Source: Octopus sinensis (taxonomy: Eukaryota). From it: 64,000 nucleotides of DNA. The notes beneath the pieces were generated by a model. That model ran no database searches and was not told the DNA's origin. It worked only from the letters and a program-made list of their open reading frames with translations. Each line of letters opens with the position of its first letter. Within the stretch, counting starts at the first letter, position 1. Below are positions 12,706 through 24,320 of the stretch, piece after piece. The DNA is taken from NCBI RefSeq assembly GCF_006345805.1, contig NC_043016.1, forward strand, positions 8,432,001 to 8,496,000. The letters are read 5' to 3'. The position numbers and the translations under genes are program-made.

Positions 12706-14344
12706 CGTTTTGATGGCTTTCGTTTTAACTTGCGTGCAGAATGGTGCTCGGCGGATTTCCAGATGTTTGAATATTTACTTTTAATTTAGTTCAATGGACT
12801 AGAAAGAACATAAAAATTAAAAATTTGCTTTAATGTCGGCACTTAGAAATTAACTCTGCTCTCCTGTTTCATATTTCAGTAGGTAGGTGAATACAGAGTA
12901 CTCTTTGTCATTGACGAGACAACAGTAATTTTCACAAGCTGTGTGTACATGTTAGGGAAGCACAAATTTTGGTCGGGTGGTATATTGCAAATATTCTGTT
13001 CGTGTAAGTACTTTTTGTAACTTAATAAAATTGCGCCGTATATTTTCCTCTGTATGTTTGAAAATATGATGTAAGCGTCTGCTTCTGAAGTGGCCTTTGC
13101 ACATTCTGATATATAATCTTCAGAACGTGTGTATATTAGGACTGACGCTTTAGCATGATCAGCTTCACATAAACTGCCATGGGAGCGTAAGATTTTATTA
13201 CGATAATTGTCATTATTTCCCTTGGTACCTAAGTTAATGAGCTTATTCGGATAACTGTCAACGAAATTGCCAGAGTTGAAACAAAGTTCATGTAATAGAT
13301 GACCTCTGTTCCATATTTACTCTCTCACTCACTCTCTTTCTCTCAAAAGCTAACGTGGAAGCTCCTTCAATTTTTTTGAAATAGCAGCTAACGAAGGACA
13401 CATTAAATAATGTAGCTTTGATATCCCTCGAATACGTGTGAGTATTAATTTACTTAGTCAGAACTCGTTGATCTAGATGTAAACAATTACACACACTCCA
13501 TTTCTATACAAGTAAGACACCAGTTCACGTGTCTTACTTGTATGCGGGCCGTATGTCACATGGCTCACCATGATTATAAATGTGTTGGATTCCAAGAGGT
13601 TGATCCTGAGTAGCAACAACTGCCCTCAAAGACCCTGGTCTTTGGTGGTCGCTTGACCGGCTAGAAATGGTAGATAAATCTCCCTTAAATTTCACTCAAC
13701 GCTACGTTACGGGGACATAAACACATCAACATCAGTTGTCAAGCAATGGAGGGGGACAAACACAGACACACAAATGTGCGCGCGCGCACTCTTACACACA
13801 TGTATATATATATATAAAACATTAGGGTAATAAGAATTATATAAATTATTATTACCAGTGGCCTAGCACAAAAAAGAATTAGTCAATAGATTATATATTA
13901 TTAACATAGTAATAGCGTGTATATTAAACACATCAAGAGGCTTCCAAATAGAAAAAAGCAGTAGAAAACTCAAACCACTAATTAGGGATAAATTCTCGAA
14001 AGGAATGAAAATTAAAAAAAGTTTACCATTTATTTATCCTAGACCATGGTTTCTAACTAATTCCAGTAAAAAAATATTTACTGAGGCTAGTTTCATCAGT
14101 AGGAAGCCTTAGAAATTCAAATATACAACACGACTAGATCCACAGTAAACTAGCTGTAATGTATATCCTAAACTTTTTCAAAACCAAAGTGGTTTGAAAA
14201 GTTAGAAACCAGGTATTAGTATTTTTCGGTCGATAACTTATGAAGTATTAGAGTCCTTCTGTGTCAGTCTTAAGTAGTATTTAATGTATTTTTCATTTAT
14301 GGTATAACTAAACGCCATGCATCCCGACTTTTGTTAACAGTAAG

Positions 14345-14348
<4 letters not shown>

Positions 14349-14399
<51 letters not shown>

Positions 14400-14426
14400 T
14401 GTGTGTGTGGTGGTGTGTGTGTGTGT
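14349..14426. repeat. (GT)n microsatellite
   Basis: Direct inspection; abuts the 3' end of the PLE remnant. Confidence 0.95.
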
Positions 14427-14493
14427 AAATAAAATGAGACAACAAGATCAAGGCTGTGTGGAATTTTCAGGACATTTATAAAGAGAAAGCTGG

Positions 14494-14540
14494 TCTTACA
14501 ACTGTTTCTGGGATATTAGGGATATCTCTTCATCAGAGAT
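14494..14540 (-). ncRNA. Minimal type I hammerhead ribozyme motif
   Basis: UCU-CUGAUGA-A-GAGAUAU/AUAUCCC-A-GAAAC-AGUU-GUA|AGA; stem III near-palindrome ACAGUUGU. Confidence 0.75.
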
Positions 14541-15537
14541 GATGTGAGATGGTTAAATAGAAGGAAATATTAGAGTTAATATAAGTAGTTAGTTTGGAAA
14601 CGGAAGCAAATAATGATTATATAGGGGGAAAGGAGAACGAATGTAGAAATAAAAATAAAAATATATAAAGATGTTATAGTTGCAGTTCCATTATCCAAGG
14701 AAAGTGGTGTGTAGAAGTGGTAGAAATTCTTTTTGTCCGTGGTATGTAAATTCCCAATAGGAGTTCATATTTTGTCATTACAAATGAAAAGTGTGGAGAC
14801 GTAGATTCCATGTGCTGTTCATTCAAAGGGTTCTTGTGGTGTGAATGAAAATTTGAGAATGTAGTGGTAGTATTAAGTGGATAGAGATGGAAGAAAAGAT
14901 GTGTATGTTAAATGAGGAGAGAAGGCAAAGGAAAAGGTGAGACAAGAGGAAGGAAAGAAAGAGGAAGAGAAAATGAAAACAAGAAGAGAAAATGAGAAAA
15001 AAGAGTGAAAGAAAGTGACAAAAATGAAAAAAGAAGTGTTAGTTGGTGGTCAAGATATTATGAGGGAGGTGGAAGAAGTGTAGAGAAGGGGTAGGAAGAG
15101 ATAAGAATGTATGTAATGAATATGTGTGAGGTGGGATGATGTGTTAGAATGGCACAATGGGATGGGTACAGAAAAAAGGTATAGGAGGGAGCGTTTCTAA
15201 AGTGAGTGATAAACCTCAAAACGGAAGGGAAGAATACTAAGAATGATCAAGTTTCTATAAATAGACTAATGTATTTATTCTACTAGCTAATGTGATAGTA
15301 TGGGTAGGGGAATCAGAGGGGAAGAAAGAAAGAAGTGTATATCGATATATGCACACGCGTACACATGTACGTATATGTGTATGAGCATGCACTATTATAT
15401 AGACCTAGATACTTGTGTAGTTAAACCCGTACGCATGCATGCATACATATATATACACACACACACATATATATACATATACACATATATACATATACAC
15501 ACACATATATAAATATACATACATACGCATGCATACA

Positions 15538-15720
15538 CGATAGATCGCTATCCACTAAACCTTTTTCTATTTTCTCTCCCTGTTTATTTTTGTGTTCCTT
15601 TCTGTTGAAGAGCGTAGGCTCGAAACGTAAAAGACTTTCTCACTTCCCGAGCGTTAAACTAATATATCTGTTTGTTGGTTACACACCCGTCTTCACCTTT
15701 TTTTTTTTTGTAATTCTCAC
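15538..15720 (+). mobile_element. Short PLE-derived element with hammerhead-like motif at 15598-15633 (family H1)
   Basis: CUUU-CUGUUGA-A-GAGC/GCUC-GAAA-CG-UA|AAAG; homologues at 23030 and 37436. Confidence 0.65.
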
Positions 15721-15953
15721 TATATACACACATACATATACATACACATATATATATGCATACACACGCGTACCCATAAATATATGCATACACGTACGTA
15801 CATATACACGCATACATGCACACGTGCAAACACACACACATACACATACATATACATATGCACATACATCCGCATACGTACACGTATGCATGTCCATATA
15901 AGCAGAATTAAACAATTCAAACAAGATTGGAGAGTCAAAAAATTTATGGAAAG

Positions 15954-16305
15954 TCAAATAGGGTTGTTGGGGATTACCCAAGGGGTGTTTGGGATATGTG
16001 CTGTGTGGTTATTTAGGTTGCATTTAGATTTGTGGTAAAATTTGAAGGTATGAGAAAAGCGGTGGTTTCATGTACCTAGTGCCTCATTATATTTATTTAG
16101 TAGTAGTATTGATGAGTTATGTTTTAATATGTGGAATGCCTCTTTTAGGCATAACTTACAGGCTGAGTGTTGACCCTGGTATGGAAGCCCTGAATCTATT
16201 ATGGACCATGACAAAATGTTGGGAATATTTTTATTTTTGAGATGATGTATGTGACTGGCGAGTGCTGTGGATTTACTGTGTTTCTCGTATCTAAAAGAAT
16301 TGAGA

Positions 16306-16307
<2 letters not shown>
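15954..16307 (-). pseudogene. PLE GIY-YIG endonuclease C-terminal region with one in-frame TGA (16068-16070)
   Basis: ILNSFRYEKHSKSTALASHIHHLKNKNIPNILSWSIID...YQGQHSACKLCLKEAFHILKHNSSILLLNKYNEALGT*NHRF; matches the ST.L..HI, W.I, C..CL.E, LLNK..E...C.H pattern of PLE endonucleases. Confidence 0.85.
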
Positions 16308-16337
<30 letters not shown>

Positions 16338-16344
16338 CTTTTAT

Positions 16345-16682
16345 TCTTTTATTTGTTTCAGTCACCTGACTGCGGCCATGCTGGAGCACCGCCTTTAGTC
16401 GAACACAAATCGACCCCAGAACTTATTCTTTGTAAGCCTAGTACTTATACAATCGGTCTCTTTTGCCGAACCGATAAGTTACGGGGACGTAAACACACCA
16501 ACATCGGTTGTCAAGCGATGATGGAAGGACAAACACACACACACACACACAAACGACAGGCTTCTTTCAGTTTCCGTCAACCAAATCCACTCACAAGGCT
16601 TTGGTCGGCCCGAGGCTATAATAGAAGCACCCGGAACCATGTGGTTGGTAAGCAAGCTACTTATCACACAGCCACTCCTGCG
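16345..16682 (-). mobile_element. SINE family B, internal deletion in head
   Basis: Homology to 17866-18248. Confidence 0.85.
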
Positions 16683-16982
16683 CCTATATATATATATGAA
16701 GAGAGAGAGAGAGTAATAAGAAAATGGAGGGGGTCAATAGGTGGTATTCATCAACTTTTAGACATCATATTATGTCAATTTATTTACTAAAAGGACAATA
16801 ATTGCTCTATAAATAAATGGTAAAATAACTCTTTATCCTCACCCATTTAATACACTAGGTAATGTAATTGCCATGTAATAAAAAACACTTGTGTATTAAT
16901 AATTGGGGATTCTACCAGCAGTATATTGGGTAGATATTATCCCTTAGTTGGTTGGATTCACAATCTCTAACTTCATTGGAAT

Positions 16983-17019
<37 letters not shown>

Positions 17020-17263
17020 GTATGTATGTTTGTATGTATTATGTATGTATGTATGTATGTATGTATGTATGTATGTATATATATATATATATATATATAT
17101 ACATACATACATACATATACACTTACATACACACATACACATATAAACTATGCCTGAATAAAAGCGTGTATGGTCACGGCTGGAGTGTCTTTGATCATAG
17201 CCCGAGGCTAAAAATAAACCGCCATAATAGCAACAGCTACCATCACCTCATTGACAACAACAA

Positions 17264-17294
<31 letters not shown>

Positions 17295-17865
17295 GATAAC
17301 CTCAACGCCTGATGTATTTATGTTAATTGACCTCTGACACAATACACCATCTTTAGGGAAGGGCAGAAACTGATTTCGGTAAACGTCAAACACGCGCGAA
17401 TAGAAAAAGAAATCTCAAAAGCTAGGACAACACCCAACGGATCTTATTTCCACACTTTCTGATCAAATTTCTAAAATTTCTGTCAAATTTCTATTTTTCC
17501 TTAAAATGACGGTAACAGCAACTACATGAAAGTAACAAAGAGGGAAACTGCTTAGGTGGTTGTTTCACCTGCTAGAAACGGCGACCAAGCCTTCCTCAAA
17601 TCACATACTTACTGTCTTAAATAAAGGAAAGAGTACAACAGATAACTATACTCTAAAATACCCCTGTAAAAGACCACTCTGATGCCTTCTCTAAGTTTTA
17701 ATAATTAACGTGAATAAATATATTTGTAATGTGCAAATTAGGGGTGCGTCCAATACTTACTATTAGGGGTGTGTGTAATGGTTAGCAATGTTTTTACCCA
17801 CCTATTTTCATCATGAAAAAACACAACAATGTAAAAACACTTTCTTTTTCTTTTATTTTTTAATA

Positions 17866-18248
17866 GTGCTGCTAACCAACCACATGGTTCCGGGCTCAGT
17901 CCCACTGCGTGGCATCTTGGGCAAGTGTCTTCTGCTATAGCCCCGGGCCGACCAATGCCTTGTGAGTGGATTTGGTAGACGGAAACTGAAAGAAGCCCGT
18001 CGTATATATGTATATATATATATGCGTGTGTGTGTTTGTGTGTCTGTGTTTGTCGCCCTAGCATTGCTTGACAACCGATGCTGGTGTGTTTACGTCCCCG
18101 TAACTTAGCGGTTCGGTAAAAAAAAAGGAGCCCGGTAGAATAAGTACTTGGCTTACAAAGAATAAGTCCTGGGGTCGATTTGCCCGACTAAAGGCGGTGC
18201 TCCAGCATGCCGCAGTCAAATGACTGAAACAAGTAAAAGAGAGTAAAG
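17866..18248 (+). mobile_element. SINE family B
   Basis: Head ggttccgggctcagtccc, internal TA/TG tract, tail cagtcaaatgactgaaacaagtaaaagag; CpGs intact. Confidence 0.9.
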
Positions 18249-18254
18249 AGTATA

Positions 18255-18785
18255 TCTATATATATAAAACTGTAGTTGTGTGATGGTCTGTCCCCTTCGA
18301 TTTAGATTCCTAACTACTCCCACATTTTGCGGTGCAGTTTAAAACCAAATTCGGTATCTTATAGTCGTGATTAATATCGAGCCCGTCTGGCTATTAGCGC
18401 GCGTCTACGATGAGTCTACGATTTTAAAAATAATTTACATCATTTTTTATTCCATTTTAATGCATAATTTTTCGTGTGTCGATGGCGGCGGAGTTGGCGT
18501 CCACGCTCAAACCCTGCACCTGTGTTTGCTTCTCCCCCTTCTTCCTCCCTCGTGAAGCTGGGGGAGGGAGTGTAAGGAAATCAAAGTCGTAATGCGTTGT
18601 CAAGGAGACCAGCGTTCTTTTAGAACAACGACTTCATGGCTTGAAGACCCTGAGTCAACGATTTAAAAAAAAATTATCATCATTTTTTATTCCATTTTTA
18701 ATGCATTTTTTTGCAATAACTCTCTAATAATGCTTATATAGTTATTTCCCTTACAAACCCGAGCAACGCCGGGCGATACTGCTAG
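18255..18785 (+). mobile_element. Helitron family A, long form
   Basis: A|TC ... hairpin ... CTAG|T. Confidence 0.9.
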
Positions 18786-19185
18786 TTTTATATAAAATAA
18801 AATATTGTTTCTTGCAGTGACACAAGAGCACAAATTTAGGAAGGCCAGTCAATCGACTAAATTAGTCTTCGTACTCGATAGACACTTTATTTTATTGACC
18901 TCGGCAGACTAAAAGGCAAAGTTGACTGCAATCTGATTTTAGACTCAAAATGAAAAGAGCCGGAACAAAGACGGTATAACATTTTCTCCAGCGCTCAACC
19001 GATTCTGTTAACTTACAGTCCTTGTTGATATAAAATGAAATATTAAATGTCAACATATTCATTTTATAGCATATTGTAAAAGCTCTGAGATTGCAATGGT
19101 GCACAGGGAGCCATAAACTTTTTGAAGTCAATTAAGGCCTCAAAATTAAGATGTTATACATGATTGTACATTATGCAGTGTCGAT

Positions 19186-19611
19186 GGCATACATACATAA
19201 TACATACACACATACACACATACATACATACATATATGCATACATACATACATATATGCATATATACACACATTCATACATACATACATTCATACAGACA
19301 TATTTACATACATAGATACATACATACATACATACATGTATACATATATGCATACCTACATTCATACATACATGCATAATACATACATACTACATACACA
19401 CATTCATACATACATACATACATACATACATACATACATACATACATACATAACTACATACATACATACATTTACATACATGCATACATACATACATACA
19501 TTCATACATACATACATAATACATACATACATACTACATACACATTCATACATAATACTACATACATACATACATACATACATACATACATACATACATA
19601 CATACATACAT
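19186..19611. repeat. (TACA)n-type microsatellite
   Basis: Direct inspection. Confidence 0.95.
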
Positions 19612-19880
19612 AGTGGTTGTTGTACTCACGATCGCGACATAGCGGTTTCAATTCCTAGACCGGCTGGTGCGTTATGTTCTTGAGCAAAAGACGTCATCTC
19701 ACGTTGCTCTATGATTACTTCGATACCTGACGCATGGCACACCGTGCACCTGTTCAGAGAGCGCCGATCTGATGGAGGGAGTGCGGCACATGCATATGAT
19801 CACTATAAACCAATCGTTTGTCCGGATTATTCGACAAAAGCTGAACGCTCATACGTCGTCTTCGACAGAAGATTCCATCA
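19612..19880 (+). mobile_element. tRNA-headed SINE related to family C head, different body
   Basis: tagtggtt...gcggtttcaattcctagaccgg head; related fragment near 2635-2750. Confidence 0.5.
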
Positions 19881-20193
19881 TAATTATGTAATTTTTAACA
19901 GCTACATTATTTTATGCAACTAACAAATTCGGTGGCATAAAAGAGGCACCGGCACATTTGACGCACCCACATTCTTACAGCACATATTCAGGAATAAAAA
20001 AACCTCTTTGATTCAATGACGCATGTAATATAGGTCCAACTTTGCATGTAGAACCTGAGACAACTTTCTGAGAAGGTTTATTCTTTTCTTTTTTTTTTAT
20101 AAATGTGAAACATACTTGCCATCAGCTTTATCTGCGAACATTAATATTCTATTATACGGAGGCTGCGAAACTTATATGCGCATCCACACGCAC

Positions 20194-20584
20194 ATGGATG
20201 GAAGCACTCCGTCGGTTACGACGACGAGGGTTCCGGTTGATCCGATCAACGGAACAGCCTGCTCGTGAAATTAACGTGAAAGTGGCTGAGCACCCCACAG
20301 ACACGTGTCCCCTTAACGTAGTTCTCGGGGATATTCAGCGTGACACAGAGAGTGACAAGGCCGCCCCTTGAAATACAGGTACAACAGAAACAGGAAGTAA
20401 GAGTGAGAGAAAGTTGTGGTGAAAGAGTACAGCAGGGAGGGATCACCACCATCCCCTGCCGAGCCTCGCGGAGCTTTAGGTGTTTTCGCTCAATAAACAC
20501 TCACAACGCCCGGTCTGGGAATCGAAACCGCGATCCTACGACCGCGAGCCCGCTGCCCTAACCACTGGGCCATTGCGCCTCCAC
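20194..20584 (-). mobile_element. SINE family C (tail type i), full length
   Basis: 11-bp TSD tccacacgcac at 20183-20193 and 20585-20595. Confidence 0.9.
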
Positions 20585-20978
20585 TCCACACGCACCTACA
20601 CATACACCACAGATCTTACAAGGATCAAGGAACGTTGTTCTAGCAGAACTGACCTAGATTAAGATCGGCCAACAAAATAACATTGACGGTTAGCAGATGT
20701 TATGAATAAACCATGGATACTGTGTCATATAACATTATGTTTAAACATAATGTTATATTTTGCCTGGTAATAAAATTAGGCCCTTTAGTTAAACTACAAA
20801 GATTTCGGCACGCTGGAACGAAGACCGAGCAACTGGTTTCAGTTTTTATTAAGACCGTGGTGTATGGGTAGTAGTATTTAGACACTCGCTTTGTCAACCA
20901 CGCAGTTTCTAGTTCAGTCTCATTGCACGCTACTTTGAATAAGTGGGTTCTTTAGCCTTGGTGCGACCGATCCTTGTA

Positions 20979-21020
<42 letters not shown>

Positions 21021-21276
21021 ATATATATATTATATATATACACACACACACATATATATATATTATATAATAATATATATATATATATATAAGTAAAAAA
21101 ATGGTACAACAAGGCACCGATGTTTACTGGAAAATAGCAATCGTAATAAATACGACGCTATTGTATAGCTTCATTGCGTATATACTAGCAAAAGAGCGCG
21201 GTGTGTGCAACAACATGAAAAATTTGTCTTACTTCTAGGAAGACCAATCTGATAATGGAAAACCTAGAATCGGATA

Positions 21277-21345
21277 ATACAGGACCGTTTCAGACTCTTT
21301 AAAATACGTTGGCAACGTAGATTGATTTGTCTTCATCAGCTGCAT
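21277..21345 (-). ncRNA. Minimal type I hammerhead ribozyme motif
   Basis: AUGCAG-CUGAUGA-AGAC...GUCU-GAAAC-G-GUC|CUGUAU; 6-bp stem I with one G-U; GUC triplet. Confidence 0.75.
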
Positions 21346-21349
21346 ATAC

Positions 21350-21389
<40 letters not shown>

Positions 21390-21675
21390 AGATATATATA
21401 TATATATTATATATTAAACACGGAATAAGTCGAAGCAGGGCAGCTGAAGAAGGGGAATGTTCCTTGTGTTGTATGTCTTGTACTCTGTATTTTTTGTTAA
21501 AAAGTCCGTTTCATTGTTTTGCTTTTATGTTTTCGTTTCTCGTTGTGTTCTACGTTGATTTTTTGTATCCCGTACCTGTATATGCATGTATATATATATA
21601 TATACATATAGATGTAGGTATGTACATATATGTATGTATGTATGTATGCATATGTTTTATTTATTAAATTGTTGT

Positions 21676-21738
<63 letters not shown>

Positions 21739-21743
<5 letters not shown>

Positions 21744-22642
21744 CTACATATATGGGAAATTCTGTCTGTGGGTGTGTTTGTGGAATTGTTAGCTCCTCCT
21801 ACATTGTTTTATCAATTTTGGTGAAACTTGAGTAGAACTCAGGTCTGAAAACCTCATGGCATACTCAGATTGTTGAAAAAAAATCGATAATAGGGTCCCT
21901 GGAAGGGAACCTTATATACATTTAATACATTTTATTTTAAAACCCAAGGGAAATAACCCATTGGCCCTTGGAAAGGATCCTAATATATAACAAACGGAAA
22001 TGACCCATTCATTTTCCTAAATTATTTGGTAAAAATGAAATTGAGTATGCTTATTTCTTAGTTTTTAAACTGTTAGAGTATTTTCGCAATTTATCCAGTA
22101 CAACCCTTAAACAAGTAAATAGTGTTCACCTAAACAACAGATCCACTTATTTCGGTTAGTGACTTATTAACGAATATAGCAACACTAGCGCCCCTGAGGG
22201 TAATATTCTCTTGAAACGCACAAAAGCCCTTTTCAGAGTTATGTACTTTGAATTATTATCTCGTATCTGATTAGCCTGTTATTACGTTACATGCTTCACG
22301 ATTTTAGTATGCATACCTTATTAGTGTTTCCTCCTATGTTCTATATACTCTGGGAATGCACTGAAGCCCTTTTCGGGGCTACTTTATTTGAATTTTTACT
22401 ATCGGGTAACTAATTTCATGTTATTACATAACTGACTTCACAATTTGGGTATTCAAAACTTATTGAGAATTCCTAAAAGCAAGATCCTGTGTAAGACAGT
22501 TCGGTATTCTCTGTAAATGCACAAAAACCGTTTTAATAGCTACATACTTTGTTTTGTTGTTATTGGATTAGCGAAACAATTATGAGAACGGAAACAAGGA
22601 ATGAGCCCCGCTTTCCCTGGAATTACCGGGTACGTCAGCTAG
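21739..22642 (+). mobile_element. Non-autonomous Helitron family C
   Basis: 5' atactacatatatgggaaattctgtctgt; 3' cccg...ccgggtacgtcagCTAG|T; three diverged ~150-bp internal repeats. Confidence 0.6.
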
Positions 22643-22940
22643 TACACATATATATATACATACATACATACATACATACATACATACATACATACATACA
22701 TACATGCATACATGAGGGGTTCTGAGAGGTTCCTGGCTTTAAGGGTATCGTGAAATGTCTTGCTGGAGGCCCAACCTTTAGAGTTCTTTTACAGGGCTTA
22801 GAAAACCTAGAGGGCCGCTGCAATAAGTGTGTGAATCTGAGAGGAGAATATGTTGAATAAAATCATAATTAACTGAATCCTTTCTGTATTTTCTTTTACC
22901 CAAGCAGGACTTTTCAGACCCCCCACCCCGTTATATATAT

Positions 22941-23021
<81 letters not shown>

Positions 23022-23027
23022 ATATCG

Positions 23028-23203
23028 CCATGATAGATCGTTAGACACTACACAACATTTTTTTCTCCTTGTTTTTTCTGTGTCCCTTTCTGTAGAAGAG
23101 CGTAGGCTCGAAAGGTAAAAGACTTTTCTATTCTGAGCGTTTATAATACATCTGTTTGTTTTGTACACCACCTGCCTTCGTCTTTTGTTTTTTCGTAAAC
23201 TCT

Positions 23204-23207
<4 letters not shown>
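23028..23207 (+). mobile_element. PLE-derived family H1 element, hammerhead-like motif at 23086-23121
   Basis: CUUU-CUGUAGA-A-GAGC/GCUC-GAAA-GG-UA|AAAG; embedded in (TA)n on both sides. Confidence 0.65.
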
Positions 23208-23278
<71 letters not shown>

Positions 23279-23295
23279 TATATATATATTTATAT

Positions 23296-23690
23296 AAATA
23301 ATAAATTTAGGGAATAAATCCAATTTAACAGGAAAAATCAGATTTAGGATTAAATCGATCGATTTATATGTAAAATGTAGGCATAGAGAATGGGTTTGGG
23401 TTACTGCAAGTTGTTTGTTTAGTCTTTTTTTACATAAGTTATTTCTATGTAACGTAATTTTGGTTTGATTTTTTAACGGCTAAGAATTTAATTTCACTTC
23501 ATAATTGACACTGAATATTGGAAGTCCCACCTGAAGATTGTCGATCAAGACAAGAAACGATTTGTAGTGGCGGTTTTTTTGACTATTATTAAAATTTTAT
23601 GTATTGATTAAGTCTTTCCTTGTTTGTTTTGCAAAATAGTGTTTTGTCTCGAATAATATTTTATATATTATTTATATTATATATATTAAT
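23296..23690 (+). mobile_element. Probable PLE 3' fragment between (TA)n tracts
   Basis: Carries the hammerhead at 23527-23570 and a T-rich tail. Confidence 0.5.
23527..23570 (+). ncRNA. Minimal type I hammerhead ribozyme motif
   Basis: CCAC-CUGAAGA-UUGUC/GACAA-GAAAC-GAUUU-GUA|GUGG. Confidence 0.75.
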
Positions 23691-23742
23691 ATATATAACA
23701 ATTAAAAATGATATATATATATATATATTATAATATATATAC

Positions 23743-23774
<32 letters not shown>

Positions 23775-24320
23775 TAGATAGATAGATAGATAGATTTACA
23801 TATTCATCATTTATAGAAAACATCTTTTCTCTTCTCTCTTTAATTTACAAATTTACCCCTACATCACCATCACCACCACTACAACCACCCCAACACCCTA
23901 ACCACACCGGCACTCATACCAATAGCTCCGTCGCCAACACCACTGCCGAAAACACTAACACTACTTCCAACAGTAACACTCTCACTAATAACATTAAAAG
24001 TATTTAATTTGAGAGAGACGAATGATTTGTTTCGGTATAGCTCTTTATAGTAGTTCTGTCTGAGAAAATGTGTAGATTCATTCCCAGCAGTAGCTCTCCA
24101 ACGTTCTTTCCCCCCACCCGCTTCAAGGTGAAGTTTCAACCCAGTGTATTAGAAACTATTACGTACCGGGTGTGAGAGGTATCTGAGGACATATTTCGTA
24201 ATATGGTAAAACAACTTTAATCCAGTTTTTTTTTTTTTTTTAAATAAAAAAGAGACATTATTTTAAGGAATATTTGTGTACATGTTCGCCATAAACTTCT
24301 TTATATAATTATTTTATGGA

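Larger units (their letters stand above)
14427..16309 (-). mobile_element. 5'-truncated Penelope-like retroelement (GIY-YIG C-terminus, 3' UTR, hammerhead), interrupted at ~15330-15900
   Basis: Endonuclease-type frame 16307-15954 and hammerhead at 14494-14540 on the same strand; both ends abut (CA/GT)n; continuity across the interruption is inferred. Confidence 0.7.

Noticed and set aside
12883-13003. Plus-strand pseudo-exon VGEYRVLFVIDETT...
   Set aside because: The first AG closes all frames, and it overlaps the longer minus-strand frame; cannot be supported without RNA data
14700-14860. SECIS candidates (AUGA...AA...GA) in the PLE 3' region
   Set aside because: Helix II does not pair by eye
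21440-21480. CUGAAGA followed by a GGAA/UUCC stem
   Set aside because: No GAAA or stem I partner downstream, so not a hammerhead
23879-24139. 86-aa ORF
   Set aside because: Partly low-complexity ACC/AAC tract; no homology or splice support
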